DNA of 29,437 bases from Candidatus Woesearchaeota archaeon (GTDB taxonomy: Archaea; Nanobdellota; Nanobdellia; Woesearchaeales; JABGUJ01): assembly GCA_018646625.1 (NCBI GenBank), contig JABGUJ010000002.1, forward strand, positions 474,843 through 504,279, given 5' to 3'. The position numbers and the translations under genes are program-made. The number at the start of each line of letters is the position of its first letter. Positions within the stretch are counted from its first letter, which is position 1. Below, one piece after another: positions 6,680 through 15,350 of the stretch. The notes under the pieces are model-generated. The model searched no databases. It worked only from the letters and a program-made list of their open reading frames with translations, and was not told the DNA's origin.

Positions 6680-9600
6680 TCACCTCTTTGACTTGGGTTT
6701 TTTAGGAGTTTTCTTACCAAACATCTTATTGATTTCCTTAGATGCATATTTCACTTCACTTTTAACGGAACTCAATATGGATTTAATCCTTGTTCGTTTC
6801 CTATTTCCCTTTGGAGCGTAGGCCAAGGATAAGTATAAAATAAGAACTATTGCTAGCACTATAAGTGTTAAAGTTATAATAGGTATTCGTTCTGCACCCA
6901 GTGCACCGACTTTACAATCTTGCGGACAATTGAAAGGAGATTCAAGTCCTGCACAAACACCATTACCGCAACTGCAAATTAATGCTTTGTCTGACTCACT
7001 CAATTCCATTTTCTTACCAAAGATTACAATCTCGTCTTCAGGGTTACAATCATCAATAGTTATTTCGTAATAATTAGTATATCCTAAAACTGGGGCGTCA
7101 ACCTTGGATGCCACAAGCTGTTCTTTTGCAGATTTAGATATTATTTGTTCAACTACTTTCTTTACCAACTCGTCTTTAGGTAGATCATTATGAGAAACAT
7201 CTCTACTCCAGAAATTTTCACAAACTTGATCATAATATCCATCGCCAACTCTTTGTGCACTTCTTAATGGAACTAGTCCGTCATTAGCGCCGTCGAGTTT
7301 CCCTTGAGTTATTGGAAGTTCCTTAGTTCCAGCAATTACGAAGTACTCAATATCAGGCACTCGCGGAGTAACCAAACCATGAATTAATTCATCATTAAGA
7401 ATTGGACTGACTGCCAAAGCACCTTCTGCATCCGTATTGGAAAAGAAACTAATGAAGTCTTTTAAGTGTACGGCCAAAGGAGTTCCTTCAGTAGGTGTTG
7501 CAATCAAAATAACTTTTCTAACTTTATCTACAAAACTATTTCCCGCATTATGTGCATCATATAATGCTCTCTGTGCAACCATACCTCCAAGACTGTGACC
7601 AATTATGTAAATATGATCAAATCGTTCGCTGGCAGCTTCTAGTCTTTTTACCAAATCATCTGCAGTATCAATAACAGAACGACCTGTCGGGTAGCTGTAA
7701 GTCCAGAGTTGCCATGGTTGATTAGTTAATCTAATCTCGTCTACAACCTTCAACCAAGTTTGTGGTGTACTAAATAAACCATGAATGAATAATATCGCAA
7801 ATTTTGAGTCAGGTTTTGGTGTGAAGATATTTTCTAGTTGAGAAGAGAAACAATTAGGACAAAATACTCCGATAGGGCCTAAGATCAATCGATCATTTTG
7901 ACCTACAAACTCAGAATAATTTATATCTGCAATAATAACTCCCCTATCACGGTCAATAGTTCCTCCAACATACTCCCAACTAGTTCCTTGTTTGTCGGGT
8001 GTACCAGCATAAAGTGAAACTAATGTCTCATTCTCCTCGCCAGGTAAGTAAGGCACTTCAACTCTAACCATACCAAGATCTTCGCCTTCACTCTTAATCT
8101 CTATAGGTTTTCCTACAAATTGTGCATCTTTATTTGCTAAGTTAGATACGTCGGCTTCAGAAATACTAACGGTTGTATTCTCTTTGGTTTCAGAGAAGTC
8201 GATCTTAAGATTATTTGAACGTAACGCGTCGGTGAAACTTAAATCTCCAATTATTGGCTCAATATTTATAGGGAAGCGCTTCACATCCACTATATCTTCT
8301 TGGTGTTCTTCAGGAGTTTCACAACCTATCGTGTCAGTAGCTTGCACTATTTTATATCCACACAGTCCATCGCGACAAATAACTGCTTGGACGTCGGCTA
8401 AATTATCAGGAATTGCAATCTGTATAGTTTTTCCTGTTGCTTCTTCGCAAGAAACTTTGAAAGGAGGTATGGCAACAACATGATCTTCAGGTAATTCCAG
8501 CCCTAATTCAACAACATCTCCCGAACCGCCTTCAATTGTATATGTACTAAGGTCAAGAGCCGACTCTTCTTTGTAAGTATATATCGTCCTATCACAAGCC
8601 ACTACAGGTGCAAAAGGAGTTTCCTCCATAAGAGGCAGAATCCATTCTTCCGTTTCGTTCTCATCAAAATCAAACGGTGAATCAGATACGTCATATGCGG
8701 GCCCATCATCGTCATCGCTGTCGTCATCATCATCGTCACTTGGCGTGTAACACAACATAGGGCTAACCCTGCATGATGCACTACAAGTTAATCTTCCGCT
8801 AGTGTGACCATAATCAGCGCAGCTAAGTTCGCCAAAATCATTACCATCACATTCCTCGCTGTTGGTGTTTTCTTTGATGCCATTACCACAAATTTCATCA
8901 CACACATTATCAATACCATCAGCATCATGATCTAATCCAGAATTCACTTGGTTAAGACAAGAATCACAAGCTAGTAAAGATGTTGTTGAAATATTATAAT
9001 ATAAATTAGTAAATAATCCTTCAGTCCAGCCATCTTCATCAAAATCAGCCTTTTCACAAGTCCATCTAGTCCCATCAGTAAGAATTCCTGAACTATTGAG
9101 ATCATTGCAAACGAAAATTGTTCTTCTTTCAGATAACACAGCATCACCATCAGAGTCTGATATGTTAAATTGTACAAAATACATACCATCTTCGTGTGCC
9201 AATGTGTGGTTGTAGGTCACATTAACATTATATGGTGTTACGACCGTGTTGTTTAGAACATAAGTGTAGTCTTCTCCTGGGAAGTATGTGTCATTCATCG
9301 TCACATTTGTTGATACAGTGATATTAGTCCCATTAACAAAAGTTACATCATAGGTATAATTGTAGTTGTATCTTTCTTCAGTTCTATTTCTTTGATCAAA
9401 GAATTTATCGGTTAAATTGATGTTTGCCGAACACGCAGCATAATTATCCGCCTCATGTTTGTCGGTGGTTGTATTGTATATTACTGACGTATCATTCCAG
9501 ACAATGAATGTACAGTTTCCAGAAAAGCGATCACCTTCTCCTGTGTAGTATCCAGCAGTCAGAGTCGTATCATAAAGAGACGAGTTAAAGAAAATTCTAT

Positions 9601-12600
9601 TAGGGTCTGAAGTGCTTTGTGAAATTGGTACTATGTTTACGGTAACGTTTGTTTGATTATAATCACCAGTATTGCCAGGTTGATCTGTTGCGTTAGCGTA
9701 GATTGTATACGTACCGTCTTGGGTAAAGTTAATCTCCCAAGTGCAGTCGCTCTGCTCAGAAGATGTTCCATTGTATAAGAAATTACATTTACACACTAAA
9801 GAATCGGATATTCCTCCACTCACGGTATCGTTAGGTATTGCCCTGAAAGTTAGAGCGTTTCCATAATTTAGACTTACTGTCTCATTAACGGCTTCTACGT
9901 CTTGCACTCTTGGAGGAGTATTCTCCCATACTCTATAAGATAATGTAGTTTCAGGCAGAGTGCTTCCTTTTGCACCACCATTAAGATAATATGAAGTAGT
10001 ATTTGCCGTCTGTTGCGGCGTTATGGTTATCTGTGCTGTGAAATTACCGAGAGATTGGTTGTTAGCAATAATAATTTGATTATTGACATTACATTGAGTC
10101 TCAATTCCTTCTGTTGCAACAACAACCATTGCAGAACAATCGTATGGGAAAGGTTGTCCAGGTGCCGCAACACCAAATACTAAACTTAATTCACCATTAG
10201 CATAAGTTCCTTCATTTCCTGTAACGTTTATGATATGATTAGTGTTATTTAAAATCTGAGAAGTGTATCTCACAGTTATTCCCACACTATCGAATGTTTC
10301 AATTGTATAGGCAGGTAAGCTCAAGCATGACGTTAACTCCCCACTAAGATCTGTATGGCAACCAGCTAATCCATAGCAGCTCGATTCTGCACAGTCAATG
10401 TAATTATCATTATCATTATCAAGATTGTCAGAACATAGCGCAGTTGTATTTTCGTTTGCGCACCCCCCATAGTTTCCTGCAATACAATCAGAATCTAGAC
10501 AGTCAATATTCCCATCACCATCATTATCAACATTATCAGAGCAAAGAGCAGTAGTGTTCTCTGTCTGAGCACATTTGTATCCGGTATTTGATGCAATTTC
10601 ATTTAGGCAGTCTGTGTCTGTGCAGTCAGTGTTATCCACACCATTTGTTGAATCAACATCATTATCTTCATCATCGAAGCATGCATTCCACGTATAATTT
10701 TCTACGTTAGGACAAGGACCACAGTGTCCGAACTTTTTATTACAGTCAGAATCTTCACAATTTGTACCGCCATCCCCTTCGTAGTATGGATTAGTGTCGT
10801 TGTCGTCACCATCATCATCATAACTGTTGCCGCAAACCTGTATTTCTAAACTTAAGTTGAATTCTTGTATTCTACAAACTTCGTTGCTGTTTGCAGGATT
10901 GACAACACCATTACAATCAAGATCTTTACAATCAGTTCCGCCAAGCAAAGATAATAATCCCACTTCAAGATATGTTGTACCGTTCCAACCATATGCATCA
11001 AGATCATTATCTATTTCATCAAAACACTTATCATCGCCTTGAGCATTTTCAGTTGCAGGACATGCAGCATTTCCAGCACAGTCGTAATCATAACAATCAG
11101 CACCACTAGAGGTGTTAACGTCCCAAGAGTTTAAACCATTATCAACATCATTATCTAAGCCGTCTGAACACCAAGCTTCGGAATTGTTTTCGAAAGCAGG
11201 ACAAGGATTGGAAGAACTGGTTCCTCCTTGTTGCCAACAAACGTCTTGGTCAAAACAGTCTAGATAATTATCTGCATCGTTATCGAAAAGGTCATTACAA
11301 TTATCAGGGTAATTTGTATCATTACCCTCTATAGCATATTCACAAGTCGCACTTGACGTGAAGTTACCAACCAAACCATCACAATCAGGATCTAAGCAGT
11401 CAGCCAGTCCATCAGCATCATTATCAAACAAGTCAAAGCAAGTTGTTTCTGCAGCCTCACATAAGCCGCCGCTGTTTAATAAGAATGCGTTTCCGTCGTC
11501 CCCTATAAATCCAACACAGTTTGCGTCTTCGCAATCAGTATCTTCATCTAAGTCATTGTCCACGCTATCAGCGCAAGGGTATTGTCCAGTAATTTCGGTA
11601 TAGTTATAACTTTCATTATCATTAGTTGGCGCATTAGAATCAACATATGTTGTTGCAGATAATTGTGCAGGAACGCCATTTATTTGGGTACTAATTATTG
11701 AACTGTAGGATGATGCCGCGGCACTCGACAAATTCACAGATAATGTTTCGTAGGTTGTTCCAGCAGGAGCATATCCACTCACAGTAAGTGATGTGTTTGT
11801 AACAAGCGCATGTGATTGTAATGTTAGTTGATTAGAACCCGAGGTTTGGTTGTTAGTAAATGAATAAGGTATATCTTTAAATGCAAATTTTGAGTAAACG
11901 TTCTGCGTAATTGCACCAGAGTATTGTACTTTGAATTGCCCTGTTGGAGAGGTGTGTTGAGTATATTGTACTCTTATACCATTACTTAAAATTGAAGAAC
12001 AAATATTTCCAGTACAAAGATCTTCCGCATCCGCAGTTGCATATCCTGTTATCAGTGCAGGTTTGGGGGTTAGAACATCTTTAATTGTATCAAATATTGA
12101 ATTTCCGGTTATGCTGTTAACTGCAAAGCCGGTTATGGGTTGAGATTGTCCGTGATATGATGTATAGTCATTATACGGAGCAACGTAAGGATGGTTCGTG
12201 CTAAACCCGGAACAAGCCCAAGGGAATGGTAAACCGGAACAAGTTCTATCATTACAATCAATACCTAGAAAGCTGTTGTCGTCTTGGCTATTGTCGCATG
12301 ATGATTCAGTCAATGCACCAGTTCTTTGATCAACAACATATAACACATCTCCAGAAAATGAACATTCTCTTGAATTATTCAAGTATCTTCCAGTTTGTGC
12401 GTTGAAGCAATCAAAAGATTTACTCGCATCATCTTCAGGATAAGAATCAGTACCAGGTACAGGTGTCCAAGTATTGTTGTGCACGTATAAGATTGCATTT
12501 ATCGGATTATTAAGTATTGTGTCCGTGGTGTTGTATTGGGTACAGTTTACTATAACCCATGGTGTGTCCGAGTCTACAGAGTTTGACATGTTTGAAACAG

Positions 12601-15349
12601 TATGATTAAGGTAAGCCTGGCCGTTTGCCATTGCATTTAGTGTGGTGTTTAATCTAATTAAAGATGAGTTGGATTGTCTGATGTAGCACTCTAACTCGTC
12701 GTTAGCAGTTGAGTTAATATCGTAAATCATTATCGAAAATGTATGCAGGTGAGTTCCAGGTAAGACTGCGCCAGTGTCACAGTTTCTGTCATCTGTTGAG
12801 AAAGGTGTTGCGTCACAGCTTTCCCCGCCTCCTGCACAGCATAGTGGTTCATAAACTCCTTCAGGTAAATCTAGATCTAAAACTGCATCAATTTCAAATG
12901 TAAAGTTCTCGGGAGCAAATGCGTCGTTCGTTGCCGAGTCATTTGCTAAGCAATTCCATTTGTATACCTCATCAGCTGTGTTGTTTATTGTGAAGTTCAC
13001 TTCAGCGAATGGAGCAGAAACTATTCTTGTTTGATTTAATGTCCAATTGCCGCTTATGTTGTGATAAAGGGAAATAGTTTCTAAGTTTAAGTCTGTGGCG
13101 TTGCATATTAGGGTAATGTTTTGTTCTCTTAGTAGAGAATTATTTAATGGAGAGATTAATGCAACAACAGGATCTGTTTGATCAATAATTACAGTTCTGT
13201 TAGTATCATTGTATCTATCCAGTGTTTGCGTGTCATTAGCGAAGCAATTCCATTGGAATGTTACATCATTAGGTAGGTTGGTTAAATTGAATGATGCAAT
13301 ATACGATGTAGTTCCTTCTGGTAGGGAGAGTGTTTGGTTCTGTATGAATGATCCATTAATGTTATGATAAAGTTCAATTGTGTCTAAGTTAATGTTTATC
13401 GCTTGACAAATTAGTGTTATGTTCTCAGAATTGGAGTATATGTTGTTGTCTGGACTAAGTAGAGCTACGTTAGGGTTGGTAGGATCTTCGGTAAATGTTC
13501 TGTTTGCGGCAAAGTTTTGGTTTCCCGCAGAGTCATTTGCTAAACAATTCCAAACATATTCTCCGTCTTGTAGTCCAGTCACATTAAATTCTACTTGCTC
13601 TGCCGTAGGTGAAACGTCGCTTGTCTGATTAGCTTGGAATGTGCCGGAGATGTTATGGTAGAAAACAATCGCATCTAGATTTGTGTCTGTAGCATTACAG
13701 ATAAAAGTCATATTTCCATCGCTGTTGTATGTTCCGTTGTAAGGTAAAACTAAAGTTACTTGAGGAAGCGTTTTGTCAATTGTGAATGTTCTATTCGAGT
13801 TTGCAAAATCTGTCAAACCGGAAGTGTCGTTTGCTAAACAGTTCCAAGCGTAAATTCCATCGTTTAAGTCTGTTAAATTGAATGTTATAGTGGATGAATT
13901 TGGTGAGGCAGAGAGTGTTTGATTAGGTTCAAATGTACCTGAGATGTTATGGTAAAGAGTAATTGAAGACAATCCGTAGTCTGTTGCGGAACAAGTAAAT
14001 GATAGATTTCCAGTGTTATTGTATATGTTGTTCTCGGGAGAATTTAGAGTGGTTACAGGGTTTGTCGTATCATTAACTGAGAAGGTTACAGTTGTTGTGT
14101 TGAAGTTAGTTGCAGAATCGTTAACGTAAGCAGTTATTGTGTATGTTCCTAGTTGTGTGAGGTTGTTTAGGTTTAGAGTAATGTTATTGCTATCGTTTGT
14201 TTGGTAGGTTAGTTGAGAACTATCAGGGTATGTTATGTTAATGTATTTTGTGTCTAAGTTTGTGTCTGAAGCATTCCAGTCGATTGTTATTGTTTCAGTT
14301 ACATATTCTACTTGGGTTGTTGAAAGTGAAACATTTAAGCTAGGATTTGTTGTATCTATTGTCACTGTTCTGTTGGTGGTTGCAAACGTATCGTCCGATG
14401 CTGATACTGCTAAACAATTCCAAAGATAAGTGCCATCAGGTATACTCGTTAGAGGGAAACTAGCAGAGTCTACAAAGCCGCTAATGCTGTCATTAGTTAT
14501 ATTAGCTTGGAAAGATCCTCCAATGTTGTGATAAAGAGTTATGTTTTGTAGATCGGTGTTAGATAATGCTGAACAGGAGAAAGTTGCGTTCGAAATGTTA
14601 TAGTATGTGTTGTTTGCCGGTGAGTTTAATGTAACAGATAGTGCACCATTGGTTATACTTCCTGCTAAAATAATTCTATTGACAGAGAAATCATACATAG
14701 TGTTTGGATCTTGTAAAGTTACGGGGTCGTTCAAACTAGTAATTCCTGCGTCTGTTATATCCCCGGTGCTGTTTCTAATTCCAATAATTATGTAATTTCT
14801 ATCTGTTGTTATATTTGTCCCGTTAGAACTTTCTGCAGCAGTCACTGTTGCATTTACAGTTGCACCCAGGTCAGTATATTCTAGTGTGAAGTTACCATCA
14901 AGAAATCCAGTAGATTGAGAGAGATCATAGAATGTTGGTGAAGTTAATTCCGCAGAATTGGATAATACTACTGAAAGAATGCCTGCGTAAGTAGCTTTTG
15001 CTCTACTTAAATCCACATCAACTCTCGTACAGTTAGATGAGTTGATCCAAGATGAAACTATTCTCGGAGGTATGATCTCCAGTGTTGTGTAGTTCGTCGA
15101 AACTTTGTAAACTAAAGATGTGTATTTATTTAGTAAATCCGCTTGTGAGTCTGCACAGATTTCTACTAGAATATTTCTATTTGTTAGAGATCCATCCGCA
15201 TAATGTGAAACCGCATCAGAATATTCTAAGGTTTGCGTTTCTCCGTCCCAAGATGTAATTCTTCCAGAAGTTATTGCTGCGTACGAGAGCGGCATCAGAA
15301 GTAGAACTAAGAAAATTGTCAGTGCTAATTCTATTGTTGGATGTTTCAT
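6680..15349 (-). CDS. Giant (~2890 aa) single-pass cell-surface protein: signal peptide, N-terminal domain, Ig-like repeats, Cys/Asp-rich repeats, acidic linker, alpha/beta hydrolase, C-terminal TM and basic tail
   Basis: MKHPTIELALTIFLVLLLMPLSYA signal peptide (ATG 15349, 1 nt from the upstream stop); HGL, GHSLGG, NDGLVP, SHNDL; C-terminal IPIITLTLIVLAIVLILYLSLAY followed by a K/R-rich tail. Confidence 0.92.
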   Translation of the reverse strand: MKHPTIELALTIFLVLLLMPLSYAAITSGRITSWDGETQTLEYSDAVSHYADGSLTNRNILVEICADSQADLLNKYTSLVYKVSTNYTTLEIIPPRIVSSWINSSNCTRVDVDLSRAKATYAGILSVVLSNSAELTSPTFYDLSQSTGFLDGNFTLEYTDLGATVNATVTAAESSNGTNITTDRNYIIIGIRNSTGDITDAGITSLNDPVTLQDPNTMYDFSVNRIILAGSITNGALSVTLNSPANNTYYNISNATFSCSALSNTDLQNITLYHNIGGSFQANITNDSISGFVDSASFPLTSIPDGTYLWNCLAVSASDDTFATTNRTVTIDTTNPSLNVSLSTTQVEYVTETITIDWNASDTNLDTKYINITYPDSSQLTYQTNDSNNITLNLNNLTQLGTYTITAYVNDSATNFNTTTVTFSVNDTTNPVTTLNSPENNIYNNTGNLSFTCSATDYGLSSITLYHNISGTFEPNQTLSASPNSSTITFNLTDLNDGIYAWNCLANDTSGLTDFANSNRTFTIDKTLPQVTLVLPYNGTYNSDGNMTFICNATDTNLDAIVFYHNISGTFQANQTSDVSPTAEQVEFNVTGLQDGEYVWNCLANDSAGNQNFAANRTFTEDPTNPNVALLSPDNNIYSNSENITLICQAININLDTIELYHNINGSFIQNQTLSLPEGTTSYIASFNLTNLPNDVTFQWNCFANDTQTLDRYNDTNRTVIIDQTDPVVALISPLNNSLLREQNITLICNATDLNLETISLYHNISGNWTLNQTRIVSAPFAEVNFTINNTADEVYKWNCLANDSATNDAFAPENFTFEIDAVLDLDLPEGVYEPLCCAGGGESCDATPFSTDDRNCDTGAVLPGTHLHTFSIMIYDINSTANDELECYIRQSNSSLIRLNTTLNAMANGQAYLNHTVSNMSNSVDSDTPWVIVNCTQYNTTDTILNNPINAILYVHNNTWTPVPGTDSYPEDDASKSFDCFNAQTGRYLNNSRECSFSGDVLYVVDQRTGALTESSCDNSQDDNSFLGIDCNDRTCSGLPFPWACSGFSTNHPYVAPYNDYTSYHGQSQPITGFAVNSITGNSIFDTIKDVLTPKPALITGYATADAEDLCTGNICSSILSNGIRVQYTQHTSPTGQFKVQYSGAITQNVYSKFAFKDIPYSFTNNQTSGSNQLTLQSHALVTNTSLTVSGYAPAGTTYETLSVNLSSAAASSYSSIISTQINGVPAQLSATTYVDSNAPTNDNESYNYTEITGQYPCADSVDNDLDEDTDCEDANCVGFIGDDGNAFLLNSGGLCEAAETTCFDLFDNDADGLADCLDPDCDGLVGNFTSSATCEYAIEGNDTNYPDNCNDLFDNDADNYLDCFDQDVCWQQGGTSSSNPCPAFENNSEAWCSDGLDNDVDNGLNSWDVNTSSGADCYDYDCAGNAACPATENAQGDDKCFDEIDNDLDAYGWNGTTYLEVGLLSLLGGTDCKDLDCNGVVNPANSNEVCRIQEFNLSLEIQVCGNSYDDDGDDNDTNPYYEGDGGTNCEDSDCNKKFGHCGPCPNVENYTWNACFDDEDNDVDSTNGVDNTDCTDTDCLNEIASNTGYKCAQTENTTALCSDNVDNDGDGNIDCLDSDCIAGNYGGCANENTTALCSDNLDNDNDNYIDCAESSCYGLAGCHTDLSGELTSCLSLPAYTIETFDSVGITVRYTSQILNNTNHIINVTGNEGTYANGELSLVFGVAAPGQPFPYDCSAMVVVATEGIETQCNVNNQIIIANNQSLGNFTAQITITPQQTANTTSYYLNGGAKGSTLPETTLSYRVWENTPPRVQDVEAVNETVSLNYGNALTFRAIPNDTVSGGISDSLVCKCNFLYNGTSSEQSDCTWEINFTQDGTYTIYANATDQPGNTGDYNQTNVTVNIVPISQSTSDPNRIFFNSSLYDTTLTAGYYTGEGDRFSGNCTFIVWNDTSVIYNTTTDKHEADNYAACSANINLTDKFFDQRNRTEERYNYNYTYDVTFVNGTNITVSTNVTMNDTYFPGEDYTYVLNNTVVTPYNVNVTYNHTLAHEDGMYFVQFNISDSDGDAVLSERRTIFVCNDLNSSGILTDGTRWTCEKADFDEDGWTEGLFTNLYYNISTTSLLACDSCLNQVNSGLDHDADGIDNVCDEICGNGIKENTNSEECDGNDFGELSCADYGHTSGRLTCSASCRVSPMLCYTPSDDDDDDSDDDDGPAYDVSDSPFDFDENETEEWILPLMEETPFAPVVACDRTIYTYKEESALDLSTYTIEGGSGDVVELGLELPEDHVVAIPPFKVSCEEATGKTIQIAIPDNLADVQAVICRDGLCGYKIVQATDTIGCETPEEHQEDIVDVKRFPINIEPIIGDLSFTDALRSNNLKIDFSETKENTTVSISEADVSNLANKDAQFVGKPIEIKSEGEDLGMVRVEVPYLPGEENETLVSLYAGTPDKQGTSWEYVGGTIDRDRGVIIADINYSEFVGQNDRLILGPIGVFCPNCFSSQLENIFTPKPDSKFAILFIHGLFSTPQTWLKVVDEIRLTNQPWQLWTYSYPTGRSVIDTADDLVKRLEAASERFDHIYIIGHSLGGMVAQRALYDAHNAGNSFVDKVRKVILIATPTEGTPLAVHLKDFISFFSNTDAEGALAVSPILNDELIHGLVTPRVPDIEYFVIAGTKELPITQGKLDGANDGLVPLRSAQRVGDGYYDQVCENFWSRDVSHNDLPKDELVKKVVEQIISKSAKEQLVASKVDAPVLGYTNYYEITIDDCNPEDEIVIFGKKMELSESDKALICSCGNGVCAGLESPFNCPQDCKVGALGAERIPIITLTLIVLAIVLILYLSLAYAPKGNRKRTRIKSILSSVKSEVKYASKEINKMFGKKTPKKPKSKR
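7140..7810 (-). other. Lipase/esterase-type alpha/beta hydrolase domain (PGAP1/DUF676-like) within the giant protein
   Basis: ILFIHGLFS oxyanion loop, IIGHSLGGMV nucleophile elbow, LIATPTEGT, VIAG, NDGLVP (Asp), VSHNDL (His). Confidence 0.85.
10370..11585 (-). repeat. Nine tandem Cys/Asp-rich C-x-D-x-x-DND-x-D-(x)n-DC-x-D-x-x-C repeats (probable Ca2+-binding, disulfide-bonded)
   Basis: e.g. CFDLFDNDADGLADCLDPDC, CSDNVDNDGDGNIDCLDSDC, CSDNLDNDNDNYIDCAESSC; one more divergent copy near 12250-12300. Confidence 0.85.
12885..14640 (-). repeat. Six tandem ~95-100 aa Ig-like beta-sandwich repeats
   Basis: Five share L-x-S/L-P-x-N...C-x-A...YHNI-x-G...WNC-x-A...NRT/NFT-x-x-x-D; one unit lacks the Cys pair. 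Confidence 0.8.
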
Positions 15350-15350
15350 T

